Source: Marsupella aquatica (taxonomy: Eukaryota > Plantae > Marchantiophyta). From it: a stretch of DNA of 64,000 bases. Below the pieces are notes generated by a model. It made no database searches. It worked only from the letters and a program-made list of their open reading frames with translations, and was not told the DNA's origin. Shown in pieces: positions 12,620 through 24,335 of this stretch. Numbering within the stretch: the first letter of the stretch is position 1; every line of letters starts with the position of its first letter. The translations under genes and the position numbers were made by a program. The stretch is taken from NCBI GenBank assembly GCA_973895155.1, contig OZ316896.1, positions 8,887,539-8,951,538 of the forward strand, given 5' to 3'.

Positions 12620-15580
12620 GGAAGTTTTCTTTTGCCTTGAAAGATCATTTGGAATTCCATTCACAAAGACAGCATACAAACAGGTGACCACAGCGACACC
12701 ACAGGAGGACCAGAGGTCGAAGTGCAAAAAAGCCGGTGAGGCCGGCCAGGCAAGAAACTAGGGCCCCAGAGGAATGGGGCAGCCAAATAAGGAATTTAAC
12801 TACTGCCGTAGGAGAAGCACACTCCATAAGACTGGCCAGTGCTCAGGTTCCGACAAGGTTCTATTCAATGGGTCCGTGATAGACTTACTTTCCTATTGTC
12901 TAGCCTGCAGTGAAGAATCTAATCCTACAAACAACTGTAAGTCATGGTGGACGGGGTGGGACCGGGGGGACTTGTAGCCTGTCCTTGTGTAGTGTCCACA
13001 GCCCCGAATGTGCCCCGTAGTCAAAACACATGTCCTGATATGCTTTCTCTATGGTGGTTTTCCCTATCTAGATCCTAGCACAATCTCTGGCCCAATCCCT
13101 GCACAGGTACACTCCTAGCCAGTGCCACAATTTCTGAATGACAGCATGTTGGCTAGATCTAGTGTGTTTAATAAAGTGGGAACTCCGGTCCTTCCAGATG
13201 TTCCAGCAAACAACGGCCCTTAGGATATGCCACATAGTGCCTGGTACATCCCACTCCTCTGGTAGGGGCTCACCCACAAAATGTGAATCAGGTTGTAAGT
13301 TGAGCGTGGTATTAGCAGTGTGTGAAGCCAAGCAAAGAGTTTAATGAGCCCAATTCCAGATGACCTGCAAAACCGGCCAGCTCCAAATGCAGTGGCATAT
13401 GTCCTCTTGTTGCTGCAAGTTGCACCAGGTGCACCAAGTTGGCTCGTCATGAACTCGGGGGGTTAACTAAGTGTATATTTTTGGGTACCACGTGCGATCC
13501 TAGCCTAATATAAATAGACCTATTTTTAAAGAAATTATTCCAAGAATATTCTCTATTTTCAATATTAATAACCTATTTTACTTTATAAAGAGTATATATT
13601 AAAGAATATTCTATAAACATGAGTTTATAATACCTTCTTTTGCCTCCTACGCTTTTAAAAAAATTAGTTAAAATCTGCCAAAAATACCTATTTTGGATCG
13701 CACGTGGTTCCTAAGATTTTTGATAGTCAACCCCCCGAGGTCGTGAACTGGGACCTACGGATTTCACCAGTGTTGCATTGCAGGATTTTGGTACAGAAGC
13801 TGCCAAGGTAACCATTCTCTGATGCCGCCCTGAATGGCAGCCACATGTTGCTCCATAGTGTCATGGGGTTTGGGCACCAATGCAGCAGTGTAGTCCATTT
13901 AGATAGGGCCGTGTGAAGTCCATTCCTCGCATGCCCTTGGAGCTGTCTGAGATGTGCAGTACAAGTATCAATGAATGGTGTATCGTCACTCCAGTGGTAC
14001 TGTAGGAGAATAGCAAGGTCTCCAGTGGGGTTACCAATGCGCTGCCTAATAGTCTTCTTGGCCTCGGAGGTCCTAGTCAGCACACGAGAAAGTAAAATGT
14101 TTGCCAGTGGTTCAGACTGTGCTGATTTGTGGAGGTACCCATTCTGAACCATGAATGTGTTCACAAGCTTAGATGTGTCCTGAAATTGTTGCCAATTTGA
14201 CGTGTTGTATTCCGTTGCACCTTGAATTCCCAAATCCAATGTGATTGATTGGGGAGAGTAGCTTCCATGAACAAGGGTTCCGTCTGTTCCCTGCCATTGT
14301 CAAGCTCTGGCACGGACCTGAGGTCAGCAAGCAATGTTTTGTATGCCATTGCACAATTCCGTGGGAGAACTTGTCCAGGTCCCGCTTCCTAGGATAAGAA
14401 TCCCCTATCATTGGTGAGAACATTGCTCAGAACCACCACACCTGCTTGTCGTAGCCGCCGCTGAGGATTCAAGAGACACTTAGCCTGGTTAGCCTGAATG
14501 TGGATGAGGTGGGGTCTCCAGAGAGGTAGGTTCCGCCAACCCTCCAAATGTGTTGGTGCAGAGGGACGTAGGTGCTTCTTGATGACATTCCATCAAGTGC
14601 AGATGTTTGACCACACTTTGGATCCTTCTGATGGCATTGTGTAGCAAGGTGTGAAGACCCAGGTGAAATCTTGAACCCCCCATTTCTTCCTTGATAGTTG
14701 ATGCAAGTACATTTGAAGGATTCTTTGGAGAGGATGATCTGTTTGAGCTAAAGCCCAAACAATAAAACCGCCTGCAAGAGCCCTAAACTGGGTCAGTATA
14801 GAGATAAGCCCGAGCCCACCGTGGCTCTTGGATCTTGTAATTGTGGCCAGGTCCACCCGAGATCGCGGGCAAGATCGGGCCTTCTCATTCTGGCCAGCCC
14901 ATACAAAAGAGGTGATCTTCTTTTGCAGAGCATCCAGTGTCTTTGAATGGCCAGCTCACACAGTGAGAAAATACCATATAGTGCTCATGATCAAGTGGTT
15001 AGCGACAGTGACTCAACCAATGAGGGACTCAGATGTCTTGCGGATCGGATCAAGTCTGGATTCCAGCCGGTCCAACATAGTTTTGATCAGTTGCTGGTCA
15101 TAGATGTGCTGCGCCATGGGGATTCCAAGCATTTTGGAGGCATTAGCATCAGTGGTCCACGGGACAACCTGGAATTCAGCAAGTATGGATCCAGAAGGTA
15201 AAAAAGCTGCCTTGGTTTGATCCCAAATGCAGCGGAGCCTAGATGCCAATCCAAAGGAATGCAGTTGTTGACGGCTGAATTGCACAAACCTCATGTTAGC
15301 CCTCAAAAGCAGCGCAACATCATTAGCAAAAACATTGTGCACATTGTGTACCCCAATTGATGGGATTCTAACTCAGGCTTCCAAATCCCCCTGATCCACC
15401 ACCCTGAGAAAGATCTTGCATCAATGACAATGATGAACAACAGGTTGGAGAGTGGGCAGCCCTGTCTCACCGGACACTCTAGGGAAAAAAGGCAGCCATT
15501 TTTCCATTGAGTAGGACCGCAGATGTGGCTGAGCTGAAGCTAGCGCGAAGAAATTGCATAACCATGGGCTGGAAGTTTTC
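12620..15580 (-). mobile_element. 5'-truncated, degenerate L1-type LINE (ORF2 RT C-terminal half plus zf-RVT region)
   Basis: Fragmented minus-strand ORFs: VFANDVALL (FADD-like), RSKSHGGLGL, LWSNMW, and a terminal 'WHILRAVVCWNIWKDR' typical of plant L1 ORF2. RQGCPLS-type motif near 15445-15470. Boundaries approximate. Confidence 0.8.
13454..13739. mobile_element. MITE (286 bp) inserted in the LINE, 8-bp TSD
   Basis: TIRs ctcggggggttaacta... / ...tagtcaaccccccgag, plus an inner inverted match accacgtgcgatcc/ggatcgcacgtggt. TSD gtcatgaa (13446-13453) vs gtcgtgaa (13740-13747). AT-rich interior. Confidence 0.88.
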
Positions 15581-15869
15581 TTCTAGGGAAATTGGCCAAT
15601 ATCCCAACATGTAAAACAGTTCTTGCATGGGCATGGATATAGTTTATGGATAGCTACTGTAGGTATGCAACAAGCTTGAAGTTGGTCACTTGGTTGGGAA
15701 AGGGTGATTGGCTGAACTTTTAGTTGAGTAGTTGTGATGGGGGTCCAAAAACGGCGCCAAGATATATTGTCAAAATAAGCGGGATGGTTATTCATACAAT
15801 ATGAATACAGGAAAGCCCCCAATGAAAACATGACATGTATTAGAATATGGTATATACCGGTTGCCTGTA

Positions 15870-17650
15870 TGTCACACCCAAATTTAGGTCTTAAGTGGAT
15901 TCTTCCTTAAATGTGGCATAAACTTTGTTAGTATTGAGGGTTTAGGCAAGGCCGGATGTGCTGCGTGCGTTTATTTACATACACTATTGCTAAGCACGCA
16001 TAAAGTCTATATATATATACTTAACTTATGTACGATTTGTGTTCCACCGCCAGAACATACCCGTAGTTGATGGCTCGATTGACCTCGGCTTAAGGACTTC
16101 TAAGCCTTTGTGCTATAGTCCTCCAATTTGCCGCTACTGATGCGGCCGCCAACCCGGGCTAGTAGCCACTAAGTATCCACAACTCACACCTTGTGCATAG
16201 CTCAAATAGTGCGTTGGGCCAAGTGTTCTTGCCCGCATGCAAGATCACCATGACATGACTTTGACCATCAAAGTACACAACATTCAATCTTGATTTACAC
16301 AAAGAAAATGATGCGGGAAAAGACTTTACTTCAAGGTCCGTCATACACATACACAGGATTGACTCACTTCAACGGAATCAATAGACCCAACGGCCGTGGA
16401 CTACACACTACAACAAAGCCCAGCTGTGCACTCACCTGGCTATGCACTTGCCCGACAAGCTTAGTCATGCATCCATGCCATGGTGCTCTCTATTCACAAA
16501 GGTTGGGACTCCCCGTACATCATATAGGTTTATGAATCTGAAACTAAAATCTACCCCCTCCTCTACCAGAGGGTGCAATAAGTACTAACTAAGAACCGTG
16601 TGGCCCTAGCCGGGCCAACGGTGCTAATCCTAATCTAAAGTGTGTCTCATTTCAGATTCCTAACTAAGACCTAATGACAACGCTAGCTTGATAAGACAAC
16701 ATCGCTTACTTATGTTGGTCATTGTCACCTGGATACCATCACCTCTACCTACTCTCTACTATCCCTGCCACTAATGCTTAGCGCGCTTACTGGCCTACCC
16801 AAACCAGATCTGGACCGGTTGTCCTGCTAACAGCGTAGGCAATCATTATCGGCTTTCAGTTGTTTGATCTGGTCATGCATGGAGTCAAACTCCCTTTGTG
16901 ACACATTGGCCCCCTCTACCACGTTCTGGTATGCCTCCTCCAACCCATTGACATTGACGATCAGCCTGTCCACAATTAAGTTGCTCAAGTTTTGCTTTGT
17001 AGGCATTGGTCTCAGATCTGTCCAGTTGGGCTCCGGCACCAATGTCCTCCACATCCTTCTGCCAGATGGCCTCATGACCCTTCAGGTTATCAACCTGAGT
17101 TTGGAGCCAAATGATCTTTGGGTCCTTCCTGATTGCGGATTGGGCTGCTAGAGCTAGCTGAGCCTTGTGCTCAGCCACCTGCCATGGCAATGGAAGTGGC
17201 TAGTTGTGCTTGGATGGTAATTGTCTTGATTATTGCTGCCCCAATCTTGTCCCAGAGCAGAGTCGCCTCAGTCCGAGATTGGGCCACATGCTTCTAGGCT
17301 TTGGCTCAGTGATTGGCGCAATCAGTGGTTGTGATCAACTCTTAACCAAAGTACGTCGCCATCTTCCGAGCCATGAGCTCACCCAGCTTGGGGCTGATAG
17401 TGCGGTCAAAGTTTGACAACAAGTTGTAGACGCCCACGTTGAGGAATGTGCCCATGGCTTGGAGGTGGCTGGCCCTCGCCATGATGAGGAGTTTGGTCTG
17501 GCAAATCCTCCAAATAGTCATCCTCACTCTGCCATGGGCGCCCGACTAGGGTTGCCAAGCATGTGTCAAGGATGGTAAAAGGATCAGTAGTTGGTAAGGA
17601 AGGGGCACCAACCTGATCCGGGGTCAGGGAAGAAGGTTCGGCTTAACACG
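15870..17650. mobile_element. LTR-retrotransposon remnant (LTR-like start plus degenerate coiled-coil/gag-like ORF pieces on the minus strand)
   Basis: Begins TGTCACACCC and shares blocks (e.g. 'ttaaggacttctaa', 'ccgcc..aa..taccc') with the LTR starting at 18360. Broken coiled-coil ORFs at 16827-17527. Confidence 0.45.
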
Positions 17651-19451
17651 GCTAGTGAGAGGTGAGTAATCTCTTTATTTTTCAATCACTTCACACTCTA
17701 ACCATAATCATGCTATGCTATTTGTACTTTAACACCCCAGTCACATGAAGTGGGAGTTGAACTCTCCCACTTGTCTTTACTTGGGAGTTTTTGTTTTTAC
17801 TTCTTTAATTCATGTTTTAAGCAAAATGTTTTTTCTTTGTTGAGGTGAAGGAATACAAAGCAGGCATTTGGTTTTCTTTGCTCACATCCTTGCCAATTTG
17901 TACTCAGATTGGTCAGAGAATTGGTTTAGGAAGGCCCAAAGGGAGTGTTTTAATTGGGTGGATTTCTTTAGATTATTTACTTAATTTATGTCATTGGGGG
18001 CATTAAATCATTACCGACCACCATGAGAGGTCCTTGGCAAATTCCCTGCCATGAGGTTGCGCCACATCAGCACAACCAATCACGAACATGAAAGATCATA
18101 TTTTTGACAGTAACGAAAGCGCACATTCATGTTTATGGCAAAAACAACGTAATTTTGGGGGTGCCATGTAGTAAGTATTAAACATAAAAAATCCAGAATA
18201 CAAAGGAAGTGTAAAGCGATTGACATGGGTCTTAACACCAAAAATGTCACTATTGGGTGCCAAAACCATCTCCTTGTACCTGAGGATCACGAAGGGATGC
18301 CGTGAAGGTTGGTAAACACCAGTTTATGCCCTTAACACCATATTATCATAGCAAGACTATGTCACATATTACCCAAGCTCAATCCCTAGGAACCAAGGTT
18401 GGAAATCAGATCCTATGCTCATGATAGTTCTGGTGAGAAGGGGTCTAACTTCATATCGGGCCCGTACACACAAGGCCTAGCACTACGGTGCGCATGTGTC
18501 TATACGTATGCTTACTGCCATAGGTATGTTTCTATTCCGCCGGCGGAATGTACCCATAAACAAGTGACTCCTAACTGATTCCCGACTTAGGGACTTCTAA
18601 ACCATTGCCCCACCACTCTGCCATTCCACTCTCAGCAATCAGAGCTATGACAGCCCTCATCCAACCCACTTCAATGCACCCGGTACACCTCTCAGTGGCT
18701 CTGCTAGTCCCATCATACACTCAAATTGCCTCACACACACTCACATCCATGAGAGAAATGAGGCTTGAGAGGAAACTCAATTAGATTCAAAGATGTGCAC
18801 AGTAGTTCACTAAGAATACTTGATCCGAACAATAGGCCCATAGGACATCTACTCGAGATTGCGATGTGCTTGCCCCGCAAGCCCCGTGCTTGCCATGCAA
18901 GCTCAATCCTAAACCTCATCGAGCCCAGCTCACTTCAGATTGCAATGGCAGATTGGACTCAATCCTGAACTCAACCTCCTTCATTGCACTTCATTCCTGG
19001 GGGCACATATAGATCTCACACCTCCATAATGTCAAGTTACGCATGCACAATTGGCTTGACGTCAAAGCTGGTACCAGGCCTAACGGCAATCCACCCCAGA
19101 CTGCAATGAGGCCCGGCCTCATGCTTGCCCTGCAAGCTCAGCTCTGGCCATAAATCCCTTAGTGCTCTCTACCAAACAAAGGTCGGGACTCCCAATGGAT
19201 CATGTAGCCTTGCCAGACTAAACTGTAAATGCTTCTCCTGCTGCCCCTCAATCAGTATCTCAGCCTCCCTAGTGTGCTCACCGTAAATCAAATTGAAATC
19301 CTCCCCACTGTTTACAAGCACCAACACATCACCTATCACCAGGGCTCTCCATCGGGGGAAAAGAACCCAGTTGTGTTGCCTACTAGAAAGAGCCACAATC
19401 TAGCTTGCAAACCTGGGGAACTGTTGCTGTGAAGCGTGGCTGATGACTCTC

Positions 19452-19765
19452 GGGTATGGCACGCATGACAGTAAACAGGAAACAGGTTTACTGGTACCAG
19501 CAAAAAGTTACTATTACCAGGAAAAATAACCATGTTAAAATATTTTCTAAAAAGTCACATTTTCCAAAAAAATTTAAATTGCAACGTATTTTGGCTAGCT
19601 TTGGGCGCTAGCATTACCAGCGCCGGGCGCTGGCAAAAAAAATGAAAAAATTGAAGAAAAAAAAAGATTTCAAAAAAAAATTCAAAAAAAATTACCACTC
19701 GTTTTCCTGTTACCAGTTTCTGTTTCCTGTTACTGTTTCCTGTTTCCTGTCGTTTGTAAATACCC
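19452..19765. mobile_element. Mutator-like MITE (314 bp), 9-bp TSD
   Basis: Imperfect TIRs gggtat...gacagtaaacaggaaacag / ctgtttcctgtttcctgtc...ataccc. TSD atgactctc vs ttgactccc (7/9). G-rich termini. Confidence 0.7.
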
Positions 19766-20411
19766 TTGACTCCCTGAGTAATAGCACAACCACATCAGGA
19801 ATTTAGGATCCATCCCTTTCAACAGTGTGTCATGATGATTTCATTGCAATGTTTAAACATCATTGTTTTCTGCACTGTCTGTTTCATCATTGGTTCATTG
19901 TTGAATGGACTGACGTTGATTGGTCTAAAATTGTGATGACTTGTATTAGTGTTGTATGCGTGTTGAAACATTGATGGTTTACTAATTGCAGTTTAGACGA
20001 TGAGAAACATTATAGAAGCATTGCTGAAAATATGGACAATGATTTAGTAATTTTTCAGTATCACATATTCAATGAATTCCCTCAGTTTTTCATTGTCTAT
20101 TCATTGCATATTACCCTTAGATATGTTGTGCAATGTTTTCACATTGATACATTATGAACATTTCAGTATTGAACAATTCCATTTTCATTATAACATATCC
20201 ATGGGTGTATTGTTTGAATAATATAGATTCATTGATGACACTTCATGGTTGCGCTGTTGATTAATTGAGGTTTAGTTGTTGGGGTTAGACTTGTATATTT
20301 GTTGTTGTCTTTTTAACTTTTCATTGTGTTTTCATTGCATATTACCCTCTCATATGTGACACAATGTTTATATACTGATACAATATTTATTGTGGAATGG
20401 TCCACTCTTTC

Positions 20412-20690
20412 CAAGGTTGAATCATTGCAAATGCATTGTTTAAAGGTCATCTTTTCATCAGTGAAATTAGGTTGAATCATTGCAAATGCATTGTTTAAAG
20501 GTCATCTTTTCATCAGTGAAATTTCAAGGTTTCATTGTTGGTTAGTGGATGATAGGTTGCTAGGTACTTTATTAGTGAAATTTCAAGGTTTCATTGTTGG
20601 TAAATGGATGATAGGTTGCTAGGTACCTCATTAGTAAAATTTCAAGGTTTCATTGTTGGTTAGTGGATGATAGGTTGCTAGGTACAACCA
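20412..20690. repeat. Short tandem duplications (about 54 bp x2, then about 59 bp x3) downstream of the transposase
   Basis: 'ggttgaatcattgcaaatgcattgtttaaaggtcatcttttcatcagtgaaatt' twice; 'aatttcaaggtttcattgttgg..ggatgataggttgctaggtac' three times. Confidence 0.9.
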
Positions 20691-20914
20691 CATCCTTGGA
20701 AAGTGGTATTGATTGAAATAGATCTAGGACGTGCCTCAACACTCTTGGCTGAGATGTTTTGAGGGATTTAGTTGTTGTAAACTTGAAAGACTTAGATACT
20801 CTCGAGATAAAACTAAACAATTCAAATTTGAGACATACTTACAATGACATATTTTTAATGGCTTCAAAGTTCGTAGACAATTTTATTCCAACTTTATCTT
20901 GCTCATCAATTGCT

Positions 20915-23900
20915 TCAGAACTTAAACCTATTCAAGAGGAATTCTCCTACCTCGTGCTCATCCACTCCATAATGAGGCACAAGATGAACTACACTTAGAA
21001 TGTTGGCTACTTCTACCACATCATATGCTGCTAGTCTCCTCCTGCTAGAGGTCCCTGAGTGGCCTCCTATCTCAGTCCTATCCACCACTAGCTTTAGGAT
21101 CAAGCACCCAGTAGTCCTCTCTGGTCTTGTTTGACTATTATACCACCTCACTAAAGCCATGTCCCGGGTGGCTTTATCTCCACTGCTAGTGGTCACTGGA
21201 CAAGTGAACAGGAGTCGTAGTTGGGCATACCATGTCAAGGGCTCATCCCCAACTTTCTCCATCTGTATGGCAACATCACTGAAGTAAGGGGCACCATGAA
21301 AACTCGGGGTGGCCCTGCCTGTCATGGGCCAATCCGCAAATCTATCACCCACTCCTGCTGCAATGGCCACCCCTGTCTTTACTCCGAGAGTCTGATGCAA
21401 TCAATTGAAACCCTCATCAGATATGGAGGTGTCTAGTAAAGATGACCATGCAGCTAAGCAAGTTCTTAAACCTTATTCACAACTACTTACAAGTCACAAG
21501 TTGCTCACCTCAATGGTCTGCAAATCATTAACGACACAATAACCTTGCAAAGATGTCTTCAAATGCAACGATATCTCTGGTTGTGTAGTCAAGACCTCTT
21601 TACCGCTAAGAGGGATATCAGTTATCTCCCTCTGCAACCAGTCCATATGGAAACGTAGTCTTGTGCCCATGAGAACATTAGACCCTGTTGCCACAGCCTG
21701 CCATTCACATTACATCAGTTATAAGTCGACGAATAGAATGCATTGCATTACAGATATCAAACCAATTATATTTTGAATGGATAATTCACCGCCTAAGCAC
21801 CTTACCTTGTCTAACGCAGTGAATCGATCATCTGCCTTATCAACCTCTGAAATGGAGGTAGCATTTTTTCGGCTAAGAGCTAGTAGCCTTCGGTGGTGGT
21901 TAGTCATTTGCTTGGCGAATTCCTTTTTGTTGCTGGCTCTATATGGCACTTTCATCAACAAAATGTGCAAATGTTCATACAGATTAGTGGAATACTCCAC
22001 TGGAATCCCTGACGGCCGAATAGAATCAGAGAGGTGAGCCATTGCGTGGACCTTTACAGTATCAAATTCTGACTTTTGATACTTTCCTAACACCACTATC
22101 AACTTTCTCACCATCCTGCACAACATCATGTGCAAATTATTAATAATTCTGTCTTATTCATAACAACTTGGCAGCCTAATATAATCAGTAAGCAATAATA
22201 GAATGAACTATCCAGTAAAAAGCAAGAAGTACTTACACTACCATCAGCCGATCCATTTCTGCCAGAGTCTCCTCAGTGTGCACAGCTTTCCGGAAAGCCA
22301 AAGTATACCAATCCCACATAGAGATCACAACTTGCAACACAGGGGTCGGGTAAACTCCAAGCATCACTGGAATTAGAACCTGAAACACACACCTATGTTC
22401 AAATGCCTGGAAAGTGGCGTTAGAAGTAAAATATCCAGTCCTTCCCTTGCACGAGGGAAGTCTGAACTCTGGATACCGGTGATGCTCTGACACCCAAGCC
22501 AACCTCCGGTCCAATACCTGTAATGCTTTTCGTTTGAATGTGACAGCCGGCACTTCAACTGCCATGACTTTCAAGATCCCAATTAGGGTTTTAAACAAAC
22601 CTAAATCAAATTGGTGCATCTTGTCAGGATGCACACATCTATACGGGTTTCCTAGAATCGTATCCCCACCAAGGAAACCCCAAAGTGCACACTGCCAACA
22701 CACACAGACACACTTGCATAAGTATTTACGTTCACTTTGATAATTCAAAAGAATAAATGATAAATTTGCAAAATAGAACTAGTGATGATGCAAATTCAGA
22801 TATCATAAACTTTGTACCTGAATGGGATGGACAGAGTTACTCCTGGACAATTCATCCATCACAGCCACAGTTCCTGATACTTCATTCATCTCCTCATATA
22901 GAGCACTCATGTTTTCTTGAGTTCGATATTCAAGCCTTGCTGTAACTGTGCTCAATTGACCTCGAGGACAGTGGCATGTGCTACATGGAAAACTGCATCT
23001 ATTGGAGTCAAAAGTGCACGTTACTTTGCAGCTCTCTGGATGGTCACCGATGTAGCCATATAGGAGTGGGAATACCCATTTCTGTGAACCTGATGGATCC
23101 TCCAACGGCAAGCCCCTGTCACATCACATGCCAATGAACAATCAATGTCTTGGCACAAATGTAATATAAAATGGATCTAAAAAATATATCAGCAACCACA
23201 TAGATAGTAATTTGGGTTATAGGAAATAACAGAGAAATTAGGTTAAAGAAATAATGACTTACGTAAAACTCAATGCCTTGAGTGGTGCCAACAAGATGCT
23301 CAAACACTTGTGCAAAAGTGAGCACTTGAGCCTAGTTGGATTTCTAGAGTTCAACAATTCCTGATCACATGGTCCATAAGTGGGCAAAATGGCTAACAAG
23401 GCATGGCCAAGCTCCTCCCGCCGTCCAGCACATTCAATGTTGGCTAAGGACATCATCAATGGATATCCAGACTCTCTGGTTATTAGACAGGGAAGTTTGA
23501 TCTGAATACAAGATGATTGCGGCAATGACTCCACCTGGACACCTCTGTTGTACGAGAGTCTACAGCAAACACCAACAAACTAAGTGTCCAACCTCATCCA
23601 GGAACAAAAGAAAAGCTCAATTGAATAGATAAGTACAGTATGTTCCCTTACATGCATCTGTCTCCACCAGTGCCCTGTTTCCGGAGTACTGTAGTGGTCT
23701 GTTGCCTCAGCTTCAGCGGGAAGCAGTTTGAAGTCTTTCTTGTTGTTGGAATTTGAAAACAAAGTAGACAACACTTCCACTGGATCTTGAAAATGCAGCA
23801 CCAACTCGTGCACATGCTGGTCTTTCTCTCTAACCACCGCTTGCTTCCATTCAATACCATGATCACTTGCCATCTTTTCTTCATATGCGAGAAGGTCACT

Positions 23901-24335
23901 TACATTTTTCACAGAAACATCTTCTCTATTAAAATTTGGGTGAAAAAGCGTACCCAAAAACCTTATGGTGTCCTTGATAGACATCCCTAGAGTATTTCTA
24001 CATTGCCTTAAAAAGGCCACTAGGTGAAATGTTGAATCAAACCTGTCCTTTGGATCACTGGCTCTACAGAAATTGCTTACAGGAGTACATAATATTTCCT
24101 CAATGTTAGCTGTGGATGGATGATCTTGAGGATCATCAATCATGTGGATCAATTCGTCAGCAGTTTGTTGCACTTCTAGTGGAGAAGAAGATTCCCCAAC
24201 ATAGAATGGGGGAAATGGCTCAACCTCCTTCTGGGCTAATGCTAATTTGCATGATCTATTGGTACTCTTGTGAGAAGCGAGCCCACCATTGGTTTTAAAT
24301 CCTTTGCAGCCACAGATGTCACAGTCGTATGTCAT
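20915..24335 (-). pseudogene. Plavaka-type DDE transposase (~900 aa, 7 exons), frameshifted
   Basis: Predicted exons 24335-23652, 23559-23263, 23115-22818, 22691-22237, 22115-21806, 21697-21509, 21391-20915, all GT-AG. Motifs: N-terminal zinc finger CDIC..FKTNGGLASH, YSTPETGHWW, IILYSDQT, YPLMMSLANI, LLHKCLSILLAPL, GYIGDHPE..CSTC, PDKMHQFDLG, KVHAMAH..STNLYEHLH..KVPYRASNKK, and C-terminal ALVRWY. Frameshift near 23470 (NNQRV/SGYPL). Confidence 0.85.
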
